From the NCBI GenBank assembly GCA_001871125.1, contig MNXB01000117.1:5654-69653 (forward strand): a stretch of DNA of 64,000 nucleotides. Reading direction: 5' to 3'. This DNA comes from Elusimicrobia bacterium CG1_02_37_114 (GTDB lineage: Bacteria; Elusimicrobiota; Endomicrobiia; CG1-02-37-114). Both the position numbers and the translations under genes were made by a program. The notes under the pieces are model-generated. The model did no database searches. It saw only the letters and a list, made by a program, of their open reading frames with translations, and was not told the origin of the DNA. Shown piece after piece: positions 10,816 through 19,654 of the stretch; position 1 is the stretch's first letter; every line of letters starts with the position of its first letter.

Positions 10816-10861
10816 CCTCAACAAGTTGAGGATTCCCTTTGGAATCCCGAACTTGTTCGGG
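10816..10861. repeat. compound palindromic element (two hairpins CCTCAAC-AAG-TTGAGG and CCCGAAC-TTG-TTCGGG around GGATTCC..GGAATCC); likely terminator
   Basis: Perfect nested inverted repeats read directly. The same hairpin motifs form the ends of the 24.0 kb and 44.1 kb repeat elements. Confidence 0.6.
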
Positions 10862-10866
10862 TTTTC

Positions 10867-11727
10867 TTGATTATCACAATGGACAATTTAAATAAATATC
10901 TCAATTACTGGAAAAAAAGGATTGACTCTGCTTTAAAAAGATATCTGGCAAGCAGTGATAACCTGTCTGAAGTTATATATAAAGCAATAAGATATGCTGT
11001 ATTCCCCGGAGGCAAGAGGTTCAGGCCGATACTTACGGTCACCTCTGCGGAAATATGCGGTATTGACCCGAATAAGGTCTTACCAACTGCCTGTGCAGTT
11101 GAGTTAATCCACAGTTATTCACTTGTTCATGACGATTTACCTTCTATGGACAATGACGATTACCGTCGTGACAAACTGACTGTTCACAGGAAGTTCAACG
11201 AGGGTATGGCAATACTCACCGGCGATGCCCTGCTTACAAAAGCATTTGAACTTATTGCGGAAAATAGTAAGATTACCGGTATAAGCGAGAAGAAAATTGT
11301 TGAAGTCATAAAAATCGTATCCAACGCATCGGGTGCAGATGGAATGGTCGGAGGGCAGGTGGCAGATACATTCCTGGTTAGTAAAACCCATACAGATAAA
11401 CTTGTTAATTATATCCATTCACACAAAACTGCTGCATTGATAAAAGCAAGTGTCCTGGCAGGCGCTGTGCTTGCGGGTGGTTCAGAAAAAGAAATCAATG
11501 CACTGAAAAATTATGGTGAGAAAATCGGGTTCGCATTTCAGATTGCCGATGATATGTTTGATGTTAAAAAAGACAGGGTCAATTATTCAGATATCTATGG
11601 GACAAAAAAATCGGAAAGAGATACAAACAGACTCATAGATGAGGCGAAGAAATCTTTAGAAGTATTCGGCAGTAAAAAAGAAATACTTTCCCTCCTTGCA
11701 GATTATGTGGTTACCCGAAAAAATTAA
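10867..11727 (+). CDS. ispA: polyprenyl diphosphate synthase (farnesyl/geranylgeranyl diphosphate synthase)
   Basis: FARM LVHDDLPSMDNDDYRR and SARM FQIADD. Classic xseAB-ispA order. Confidence 0.85.
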   Translation: MIITMDNLNKYLNYWKKRIDSALKRYLASSDNLSEVIYKAIRYAVFPGGKRFRPILTVTSAEICGIDPNKVLPTACAVELIHSYSLVHDDLPSMDNDDYRRDKLTVHRKFNEGMAILTGDALLTKAFELIAENSKITGISEKKIVEVIKIVSNASGADGMVGGQVADTFLVSKTHTDKLVNYIHSHKTAALIKASVLAGAVLAGGSEKEINALKNYGEKIGFAFQIADDMFDVKKDRVNYSDIYGTKKSERDTNRLIDEAKKSLEVFGSKKEILSLLADYVVTRKN

Positions 11728-11745
11728 TTTTTGAGATAACAAATG

Positions 11746-11820
<75 letters not shown>

Positions 11821-11825
11821 AAATC

Positions 11826-11898
11826 AGGTGCGGGCCGGATTTGAACCGGCGAATAAAGGTTTTGCAGACCTCTCCCTTAGCCACTTGGGTACCGCACC
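11826..11898 (-). tRNA. tRNA-Cys (anticodon GCA)
   Basis: Manual fold: acceptor GGTGCGG/CCGCACC, loop CTGCAAA, T-arm GCCGG-TTCAAAT-CCGGC, discriminator U. Confidence 0.9.
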
Positions 11899-11935
11899 AG
11901 AACCACTATAATTAAACACAATTTTTGAGTTTTTG

Positions 11936-12382
11936 TCAAGATTTATGGGATTTCAGTTCGTTATATTTTTTTGACAATTCTTCACGCAGTTTAATTTCAG
12001 CATGCAATCTTTCCGCTAAGTGCCTTTTCTCAAAACATCTATTTATGGCTGCTGTTAAAACCTCCATGCTGAAAGGCTTAGTAACGTAATCATACGCACC
12101 TAATTTTGTTGTCTCAAGAGCATTATCTAAAGTAGAGGAATCTGTAATGATGATTACATCTGTATTGGGCGCGTTTGTTTTTACTTCCCAGAGTAATTCT
12201 TTACCACCTATTCCAGACATCTTTAATTCAGTAATTACTACATCAAATTTCTCATTCTTTATTTGTTTCATAGCCTCTTCACCATTTGTAGATATACTTA
12301 CTTCATAATCATTTTCAAGGCCACTTTTACAAATGTTTCTTATTGACACATCGTCTTCAACTATCAATATTTTCTCAGCCAT
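11936..12382 (-). CDS. single-domain response regulator (REC) with C-terminal coiled coil
   Basis: CheY-like D..D..K pattern (ILIVEDD...DVVITELKMSG). Confidence 0.8.
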   Translation of the reverse strand: MAEKILIVEDDVSIRNICKSGLENDYEVSISTNGEEAMKQIKNEKFDVVITELKMSGIGGKELLWEVKTNAPNTDVIIITDSSTLDNALETTKLGAYDYVTKPFSMEVLTAAINRCFEKRHLAERLHAEIKLREELSKKYNELKSHKS

Positions 12383-12385
12383 TTT

Positions 12386-13120
12386 TTATCCCCCAGGTTT
12401 TGTGGCGATTATCAGAACCGTCCCCATACTTTTAATGTCTCTGAAACTCATTGAACGAAGTTCTTTAAGTTCTATTCTCGGGATGAGGTATGGGTCAGTA
12501 TTTTCTGAAACAAGACATGATTTAGTTGTGCAGGCGCCGGAATAATATTTCTTTACAGTATCCACGATATTGCGGTCATATTCGCCATATGGATAACAGA
12601 ATGTATCAACGGGTTTCTTTGTAATTTTTTCTATGATAGTTTTTGAGGTTTTTATTTCTTCCAGCACTTCGTTAAATGAAATTTGTGTCAGTACCGGATG
12701 AGTAATACAGTGAGAACCAAAATCAATGAGTTCAGACATTTCGGTTATCTGTTCGGCAGAAAGATGCTTCTGTGCAGGACCTGAGCGGGGATATTCATAA
12801 TGTTTCCCGATTGCCCCTGCATTCAGAAAAATAGTTGCGGTAAAATTGTATTTTTTTAATATCGGGAAAGCATCGGTATAGTTGTTTTCATAGCCATCGT
12901 CAAACGTTAGGACAAAGACCTTTTTTGGAATTTTGCTTTTTGTTTTTAAAATTTCTACAAGCTGTTTGAATGGAATTGTGCGAAATCCTCTGGAGTAGAG
13001 ATATTTCATCTGTCTGTCAAAAGTTTTTGGACGGACACATATTCCCTTTAACCCTTCCTTATGTTCTTCTATTTTGTGATACATAATGACAAAAGTTTTG
13101 TTGCTATATAGATTGAACAT
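12386..13120 (-). CDS. polysaccharide deacetylase (NodB/CE4 family)
   Basis: LTFDDGYENNY and HCITHP motifs. Confidence 0.8.
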   Translation of the reverse strand: MFNLYSNKTFVIMYHKIEEHKEGLKGICVRPKTFDRQMKYLYSRGFRTIPFKQLVEILKTKSKIPKKVFVLTFDDGYENNYTDAFPILKKYNFTATIFLNAGAIGKHYEYPRSGPAQKHLSAEQITEMSELIDFGSHCITHPVLTQISFNEVLEEIKTSKTIIEKITKKPVDTFCYPYGEYDRNIVDTVKKYYSGACTTKSCLVSENTDPYLIPRIELKELRSMSFRDIKSMGTVLIIATKPGG

Positions 13121-14108
13121 ATTTTAGTACTCTTTCAGGTGTTATAGATTTCATGCATTTATTGTCCTTGCAGTATCTCATTTTTCTGTTAGTGCAGGGG
13201 GTACAATCCGCTTCACCACAAATAATGATATGTTGATTACCATAAGGTGCCCAGTATTTTTCATCACCCGGAACAAACAGGGCAATCACACGTGTATATA
13301 ATCCTGCAATGTGCATACCACCTGTTGAATTAGTGACATAAAGGTTAAGTTTTTTCATAAATGCGGTGAACTGGTTGAGTGTCGTTTGTCCTGTGAAGTT
13401 TATTATTTTCTTGTTAACTTTTTCCTCAATGTTTTTTCCAATGTGTTCATCTTCTTTACTTCCAAACAAAACAATCTTAATGTTGTCAGCTAACAGATTT
13501 ATCAATTCAACAAAATACTCTTCGGGCCATTTCCTGCTGGATTCGCCCTTGACACCCACTCCCATACCTATGACTTTTGTATTGGCAAGTCCGTAATCAA
13601 CCCAGATTTTTTCTGCATATTTTTCGTCTTCTCCGGATATCCATAATTCAGGTTTAACATCTTTGCTTACTTTAAATCCTGCTTTTGAAAGCAACTCTGT
13701 GAATAATTTATCGCCCGTATCAACTAAAGGATAATTTAAGAATAACCTCCTGCCATTACCGACATAACCCACTCTATTTTTTACTCCGGCAAAATAAGGT
13801 ATTAAGGCAGAATTTAAACTCCCGGGTAATACTATAGCCAAATCAAAATGTTTTTTCTTTAATTCTCTAATAAACCCGATATGATATGACAATGAAGCAC
13901 TCTTTGAATCGTAATTAATTATTTCATTTATATAAGAGCAGTTGTTCAATAATTCTTTAGACCATGACCGCACACAAACACTTATACGACTCTCGGGGAA
14001 GTTGTCTCTTATGACTTTTAATACCGGAGTAGCAAGGACAAATGTCCCTACCCAGTCCGGCATGCGTATAAAAATATTTTTTATGTTTTTTCCAATAATT
14101 TTCTGCAT
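13104..14108 (-). CDS. glycosyltransferase family 9 (LPS heptosyltransferase-like)
   Basis: GT9 C-terminal motif (TNSTGGMHIAG...C..C....C). Confidence 0.8.
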   Translation of the reverse strand: MQKIIGKNIKNIFIRMPDWVGTFVLATPVLKVIRDNFPESRISVCVRSWSKELLNNCSYINEIINYDSKSASLSYHIGFIRELKKKHFDLAIVLPGSLNSALIPYFAGVKNRVGYVGNGRRLFLNYPLVDTGDKLFTELLSKAGFKVSKDVKPELWISGEDEKYAEKIWVDYGLANTKVIGMGVGVKGESSRKWPEEYFVELINLLADNIKIVLFGSKEDEHIGKNIEEKVNKKIINFTGQTTLNQFTAFMKKLNLYVTNSTGGMHIAGLYTRVIALFVPGDEKYWAPYGNQHIIICGEADCTPCTNRKMRYCKDNKCMKSITPERVLKYVQSI

Positions 14109-15049
14109 ACATTGAGCACTTGATTAACTTTAATTTTAGATAGACACGGTGCAGGAAAGCCCTTCGGGCAATTTACTTTATAGCAGGGTCCGCATTCAGG
14201 TTTATCATACATAATTACTGTATTTTCCTTATAGGGACCATACAATGCCGGGTCAGTTGAACCGAATAACCCGATTGTCCTGGCACCGACAGCCACTGCA
14301 AGAAACAATGTCCCTGAATCAGGTGATATGACTAACTCTGCATTACTCAGGAGCGCTGCAAGCTGTTTAATGTTGGTTTTACCGACAATAGAAACAACAT
14401 TCGGAACTCTAATTATTTCTACCGGTTGAATTTCTCTTTTATTTCCAGTAATTATTATCCGGTAATCTCTTAATTCGTTAATTAGACTTGTGTAGTTTTC
14501 AACAGGCCACATTTTTGATTTCCTTGTAGTGCCCGGAGCAATCACTATATACTTTTCATCCGGCTTGATTCCACATTCTTTAAATAGGGCGCCTATATAC
14601 GATTTGTCGCTTTCATTGACGATAAATTCCAAATCATAAGAAACATTATTAACTGGTTTTAATAATTTCACGATTTCAACGTATTCTTTATAAAAAGGTC
14701 TTTTTTTATCATATTTAATATATTTATCCAGAAATAATTTGCTGAATTCTGTATCCACACCGACAATTTCCTTGATACCAACCATCCGGCAGATAAAAGC
14801 ATTAGCAAAAGTTGTCCTCAGCAGAACCGCAATATCGGGTTTTATGCTTTTGATTTCACTGACAAGTCCGAGCTTACCCTTTTTTATAATTGTGGTATTG
14901 ACATAACCTGAAACCGCTTCCTGATATTTCTCGTCTATCAATGCTATTATATCTGCATCTGTAAAACTTTTTCTTAAAAGTTTCAATGCAGGGGTGGTCA
15001 TCAAAATATCGCCAAGATAATTCGGTTCAAAAACCAATATCTTTTTCAT
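14081..15049 (-). CDS. glycosyltransferase family 9 (heptosyltransferase-like), second copy
   Basis: GT9 motifs (SPDSGTLFLAVAVG, CGPC). Overlaps the previous GT9. Confidence 0.8.
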   Translation of the reverse strand: MKKILVFEPNYLGDILMTTPALKLLRKSFTDADIIALIDEKYQEAVSGYVNTTIIKKGKLGLVSEIKSIKPDIAVLLRTTFANAFICRMVGIKEIVGVDTEFSKLFLDKYIKYDKKRPFYKEYVEIVKLLKPVNNVSYDLEFIVNESDKSYIGALFKECGIKPDEKYIVIAPGTTRKSKMWPVENYTSLINELRDYRIIITGNKREIQPVEIIRVPNVVSIVGKTNIKQLAALLSNAELVISPDSGTLFLAVAVGARTIGLFGSTDPALYGPYKENTVIMYDKPECGPCYKVNCPKGFPAPCLSKIKVNQVLNVCRKLLEKT

Positions 15050-15131
15050 AATTTAGCCCGATTTATTAATAAATATATTTTTCAATTAAATAATTTTCCC
15101 TATTCCCCTTCTTGATCACTTCAAGATATAC

Positions 15132-15611
15132 CTAAATATAAAGAGCAGGGAAAATAAAACAAAGATATTTTTCCCATTTTCTAGGGAAGAGGTTTGCAAA
15201 TGTGCTGATAAACATGAATTTGTAAAAATCAGAAAAGTGTAATAAGTGCTTTTTAATTTTGAAAAGTCCTGTTTCTTCAAGACTTATAAATGCACAGTAT
15301 CCGAAGCGGTTTTTATGCTCCATATCCCCGTATGAGAGATGTGAGGAGTAATGCGGAGTGATTATTCTTGCCGTAGCACCATCTTTGGAGATTCTGTATA
15401 CTTCATTCATAACAAGCAGGGGGTTATCAATATGTTCAATAATATTTGACATTTCAATCCAGTCGAATTCGTTGTCCGGGAGGGGGTACGGGAATACATT
15501 CAAATCATGAACCACATCCACATGCGGGGCAACCCTTTTATCTAAACCTATTGAATTTTTTATCTTCCCTTTAAGTCCGCATCCTAAATCAAGTCTTTTC
15601 ATTATAAACAT
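15132..15611 (-). CDS. class I SAM-dependent methyltransferase
   Basis: LDLGCG motif and Methyltransf_11-like core. Confidence 0.75.
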   Translation of the reverse strand: MFIMKRLDLGCGLKGKIKNSIGLDKRVAPHVDVVHDLNVFPYPLPDNEFDWIEMSNIIEHIDNPLLVMNEVYRISKDGATARIITPHYSSHLSYGDMEHKNRFGYCAFISLEETGLFKIKKHLLHFSDFYKFMFISTFANLFPRKWEKYLCFIFPALYI

Positions 15612-15659
15612 TATAAAAATTAATTAAATCTTTTGCAATACCTCCCGGCAAATTCTGGC

Positions 15660-15688
15660 TTGACAAATTATCTGTTGGGATATATAAT
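15660..15688 (+). promoter_or_regulatory. consensus sigma-70 promoter TTGACA-N17-TATAAT
   Basis: Exact hexamers with a 17-nt spacer read from the sequence. Sits 7 nt upstream of ATG 15696. Confidence 0.5.
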
Positions 15689-15695
15689 AATATGT

Positions 15696-16904
15696 ATGAA
15701 TAGTTTACGGAAATATTTCAGCCCTGAAAATTTAATAAAAACTGGCTTGATTGTTTATGTTGCTACGGCATCTGTTTCCATATCCGGCCAGGTGGCAGGT
15801 ATGCTGATTGCTCTGGTCGGCTGGATTATCGGGATAATAACAAAAAAGAAACTTATATGGACTGACATTTCAAAAGAAACCAAAAATTTCATAGGGCTGA
15901 TACTGATATTCCTTGCGGTATTTTTTGTCTCAAGCATATTTTCAAAAGTACCACTGAAAAGTTTTGACAGATTACGATTGATTTTGGGTGAAATGGCTTT
16001 CTTTTTTGTTGTTTTGAACGTCATTGACAGAAAGTTTCTAAAAAAATTAATCGTAATACTTGTTGTATCAACTACGATTGAGTCGGCTTACGGTATAGTT
16101 CAATATTTTACAGGACTGAATATTTTAAGAGACCCTGAAGTCATTCCTTTCTTCCGTGTAAAAGGCACACTGTCACACTGGAATAAACTCGGCAGTATGC
16201 TGGGTATGATTATTCCGTTAACTGTTGCGGTGATTTTTTATTCTGAAAAGAAATTAAGATACATTCTTGCGGTAATACTAATGTCTGTGTGCCTGTGTTT
16301 TACTTTCACAAGAGGCGGATGGATGGCGGCGGGATTTGCAGTCGTGCTTATAGCCCTGCTAAAGGAAAAAAAGTTGTTCTATATTCTCGGTATTGTTTTT
16401 ATACTACTTTTAGTATTCAAACCTTCCAGAAACAGAATAATAGATACGTTTAGTATAACTGAAGGTGATTACCGAAGAATCCTTATGTGGAAAACAAGTT
16501 TAAGAATGATAAAGGACAGGCCTTTCTTAGGTCAGGGACCAAATACATTTCAGGAACTATTTTACAGGGAATATCTTACCGAAGAGACAAAACCAATATT
16601 TTACAACGAAGAACACGGGTATTCCCATCCACATAACGTTTATCTTGGAATAACTGCGGATATGGGTATTACGGGTTTCCTGGCTTTTATGGCCCTACTT
16701 GTATATCTGTTTTATATGACTGCAAGGACTTTTTCAACTACAACGGATGTTTTTTTCAGAACGATTTCACTCGGGATACTCGGGAGTCTTTCTGCTTTGG
16801 CAGTAAATGGACTGGTTGATTATACATTTTCTGCAGAGCCGGTGTATCTTTTCTGGTTTCTTGCAGGCATAATCTTTTCTATAAGAAATAAAAAAATGTT
16901 ATGA
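15696..16904 (+). CDS. O-antigen ligase / Wzy_C family membrane protein
   Basis: Polytopic membrane protein with the Wzy_C loop (YSHPHNVYLGITADMG). The ORF-track start 15633 would include the promoter, so ATG 15696 is preferred (leaderless). Confidence 0.8.
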   Translation: MNSLRKYFSPENLIKTGLIVYVATASVSISGQVAGMLIALVGWIIGIITKKKLIWTDISKETKNFIGLILIFLAVFFVSSIFSKVPLKSFDRLRLILGEMAFFFVVLNVIDRKFLKKLIVILVVSTTIESAYGIVQYFTGLNILRDPEVIPFFRVKGTLSHWNKLGSMLGMIIPLTVAVIFYSEKKLRYILAVILMSVCLCFTFTRGGWMAAGFAVVLIALLKEKKLFYILGIVFILLLVFKPSRNRIIDTFSITEGDYRRILMWKTSLRMIKDRPFLGQGPNTFQELFYREYLTEETKPIFYNEEHGYSHPHNVYLGITADMGITGFLAFMALLVYLFYMTARTFSTTTDVFFRTISLGILGSLSALAVNGLVDYTFSAEPVYLFWFLAGIIFSIRNKKML

Positions 16905-17992
16905 ACATAGCATATCTTGATGCATCTCCGTGCTGGTCAGGCGGTTCTAAACAGGTTTATCTTCTTTCAAGAGAATTAACTAAAAGAGGACACAATGTGC
17001 TGACGGTTTGCCTCTCGCAGAACAAGGAACTGCTGTCACAATTGCAGAAAAATAATTTAAAGGCAATTCCCCTGTTTCCCGTATTTGAATTCAACCCGCT
17101 AAATTTCTTCCGGTTATCAAAAGTATTCAGGGAAAATAAGGTCCAGATTGTTGACATAAATTCCCCGAAATTTTTCTGGTCTGGAGTGTACTCTGCAAAA
17201 TGTTCGGGTATAAAAACCGTAATCACACGCATCGTTACTTACAGGAAAAAAGGGTTGAAGAAATTTATAAATAAAAGATTACTCTATGGGCTATGTGATA
17301 AGGTGGTTGCAATATCATCGGAAATAAAAGCATCATTGCTCGGGGATTTTGGTTTAAGTAACGTTGAACTTATTTATTGCGGTATTGACATAAACGAAAT
17401 TTCTTCAGAAGATAAAAATCGCACGGAATCAATCAGGAACCGTTATGGGTTAAAAGACAAAACAGTCGTAGGTATAACCGGCAGGATTGCTTATGGTAAG
17501 GGGCACACATATTTGATTGAAGCATTGCCTGAGATAAAAAAGAATATCCCGGATATTAAATTACTTGTAGGCGGGACAGGCGAGCAGAATTTTATAAATT
17601 TTTTGAGGCGGAAATCTTCAGAGCTCAAAATTGAGAGAGATGTCATTTTTACGGGTTTTCAGAAAGACGTTAAGGATTTTCTTTATGCAACCGATATAGT
17701 TACCGCACCAAGTCTTGATGAAGCGCTGGGGTTGAGTATAATAGAGGCAATGTCAGCAGGAAAACCCGTTGTGGCATCGGATGTCGGCGGAATACCTGAA
17801 ATTATAGACAATGGTATAGATGGTTTTCTTGTCCCCCCTTCTGATTCAAAAACTCTGGCCGCCTCAATAGTAAAACTCCTTAAATCAGATTATAAAAAGA
17901 TGGGTGAAACAGGGAAAAAGAAAGTCCTTGAAAAATTTTCCGTTGAACAGATGGTTAATAAATACGAGATGCTTTATCGCAGTATAGTTTAG
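16901..17992 (+). CDS. glycosyltransferase family 4
   Basis: GT4 motif EALGLSIIEAMSAGKPVVASDVGGIPEII. Confidence 0.85.
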   Translation: MNIAYLDASPCWSGGSKQVYLLSRELTKRGHNVLTVCLSQNKELLSQLQKNNLKAIPLFPVFEFNPLNFFRLSKVFRENKVQIVDINSPKFFWSGVYSAKCSGIKTVITRIVTYRKKGLKKFINKRLLYGLCDKVVAISSEIKASLLGDFGLSNVELIYCGIDINEISSEDKNRTESIRNRYGLKDKTVVGITGRIAYGKGHTYLIEALPEIKKNIPDIKLLVGGTGEQNFINFLRRKSSELKIERDVIFTGFQKDVKDFLYATDIVTAPSLDEALGLSIIEAMSAGKPVVASDVGGIPEIIDNGIDGFLVPPSDSKTLAASIVKLLKSDYKKMGETGKKKVLEKFSVEQMVNKYEMLYRSIV

Positions 17993-18050
17993 ATACTTAT
18001 TAAAGTGGGCTTTTATAATATTTTAAAGAATTGACTCACAGAAACTTAAT

Positions 18051-18383
18051 TTATCTAAAAGTGATTACTAATTGTTTATGAAAAATATCTGCTAGTTTAG
18101 AAAGTGTTTGTATTGTTAGATTAATTTTGTCTGATTGTTCTATCCTGGAGATATATTGCTGTTTTGTATGTAGTAATTTTGCTAACCCCTCCTGAGAAAT
18201 TCCTCTTTTTTCACGTAATTCAGAAATAGCATGATCTATCCTAACTTGCACCAATTCATTTTGATATCGTTTTTGTGAATCAAGAGTTTTATATTTTTCT
18301 TTTATCCATTTTTTAAATGAGACATGCCCTGTTTTACCAAATTTCTTTTCATCTATTTTCATAACCAACCTGGTAACCTCCAA
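18051..18383 (-). CDS. XRE-family helix-turn-helix protein
   Basis: HTH_XRE (ISQEGLAKLLHTKQQYISRIEQ). Confidence 0.7.
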   Translation of the reverse strand: MEVTRLVMKIDEKKFGKTGHVSFKKWIKEKYKTLDSQKRYQNELVQVRIDHAISELREKRGISQEGLAKLLHTKQQYISRIEQSDKINLTIQTLSKLADIFHKQLVITFR

Positions 18384-18446
18384 ATTTTGTTATTATTTCT
18401 TTCTTAAATGATATTCTTTTCTTAATTTTTTGGGGTAAGCGATTTA

Positions 18447-18830
18447 TTAGACAGTAGCTAAATCTAACGTTTTTATATAATCTTTGTGTTCTTTTTCGGG
18501 TAATGATATTTTTCCATCATCCCATTTAATATTTTGAATAACAATCCAAGCAGAATCCCCTGTCCCATATGCTATTGATCCTAATGTCCATAATGAGTTT
18601 TCAAAAGGTATTCCTTTTTCTTGCAGTAGTTTCTTAAATGGTTCATCTTTGGGAATAATGCAATGTTCTTTTATTAGTCGTTCCCATTCTTCAAAATTCT
18701 TTCCTTTTTCTGTACACGATTCGCGGATTAATTTTGACGCTTCTTCAGGGGACTTGTTTTCTATTTTTGGAATAGTTTTTTCTTTACCTGTTAAATAAGG
18801 TATAAAATTTAGTATAGATATTCTTATCAT
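18447..18830 (-). CDS. hypothetical protein (no recognisable domain) between HigA and the XRE gene
   Basis: ATG at 18830 is preceded by GGAGGA. The ORF-track TTG start at 18854 overlaps higA. Confidence 0.5.
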   Translation of the reverse strand: MIRISILNFIPYLTGKEKTIPKIENKSPEEASKLIRESCTEKGKNFEEWERLIKEHCIIPKDEPFKKLLQEKGIPFENSLWTLGSIAYGTGDSAWIVIQNIKWDDGKISLPEKEHKDYIKTLDLATV

Positions 18831-18831
18831 C

Positions 18832-19206
18832 TTATTTTCTCCTCCCGCAGGCAATGTTGTTAAAATATTGTTTTCCTTCCTGCGTTGTTTCCTTGCTTAT
18901 TAAATATGGAATCAATTCGAGGGGTACAAGCACCGGTCGTACTCCTAAAGACTGAGTAATCTTTTGCAGCGTTTTTATCCTCGGATTTGACTCTGACTTC
19001 TCAATACGCGCGACTTCCGGTTGTGATAGCCTTGATTTATGAGCTAACATAATTTGGGACAACCCCCGAAATTTGCGCATTAAAGCTATTTGTGTTGTAA
19101 GTGGTTGTTCATAAAAGAAATTAAAAAAATATGTCCTGCTTTCCGTGTCTTTACTGAGAGTTTCCATTAAATATTTTTCAAAACCGATTATTTTTTTTGT
19201 TCTCAT
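18832..19206 (-). CDS. higA: HigA-type antitoxin (HTH XRE)
   Basis: HTH_XRE (LMRKFRGLSQIMLAHKSRLSQPEVARIE), downstream of and overlapping the toxin gene. Confidence 0.8.
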   Translation of the reverse strand: MRTKKIIGFEKYLMETLSKDTESRTYFFNFFYEQPLTTQIALMRKFRGLSQIMLAHKSRLSQPEVARIEKSESNPRIKTLQKITQSLGVRPVLVPLELIPYLISKETTQEGKQYFNNIACGRRK

Positions 19207-19562
19207 AGATTTATTGCCTCCTTTGACCTTTTCTTCAATAGATTGGCGTCATTTTTCGGTATTGTTTGTGATTTTTTTTCTAAATAATGAATTAACCAAA
19301 ATATACCTTTATGAATTACAAAATAAATTCTATAATTTATTTTATCGAATTTACGCCTCAATTCCCATAATCCGCCGTGTATTCCGCCAAGAGGTTTAAT
19401 ATCAATTTGTCCTGAGCGCAAGCCTTCTGCTTGTAATATGGCTATGTCTTGGGCTAACCGGGACCAGACTGCTTTCCTTTGAGGATTTAATCTTAATTTC
19501 TCTAAGTGTTCTTTTACATATCCGTCAGTTTTATAGGGGTAAAAATAAATTGTTATATTCAT
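19203..19562 (-). CDS. higB: HigB-like toxin (RelE/ParE superfamily, Gp49-like)
   Basis: Gp49/HigB signature (IKPLGGIHGGLWELRRKFDKINYRIYFVIH). Toxin-first gene order. Confidence 0.8.
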   Translation of the reverse strand: MNITIYFYPYKTDGYVKEHLEKLRLNPQRKAVWSRLAQDIAILQAEGLRSGQIDIKPLGGIHGGLWELRRKFDKINYRIYFVIHKGIFWLIHYLEKKSQTIPKNDANLLKKRSKEAINL

Positions 19563-19654
19563 ATCATATAGCGTATCTGCTATATTTATAGCATATAAAA
19601 CATATTAAGTCAAGGGGAGTTTTTAAAAGGGTTTTTAATAAGCACCCGCAGAGG

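Noticed and set aside
15633-15695. Longer N-terminus (MQYLPANSG...) for the O-antigen ligase
   Set aside because: Would require translation across a perfect TTGACA-N17-TATAAT promoter. The ATG at 15696 begins the first TM segment.
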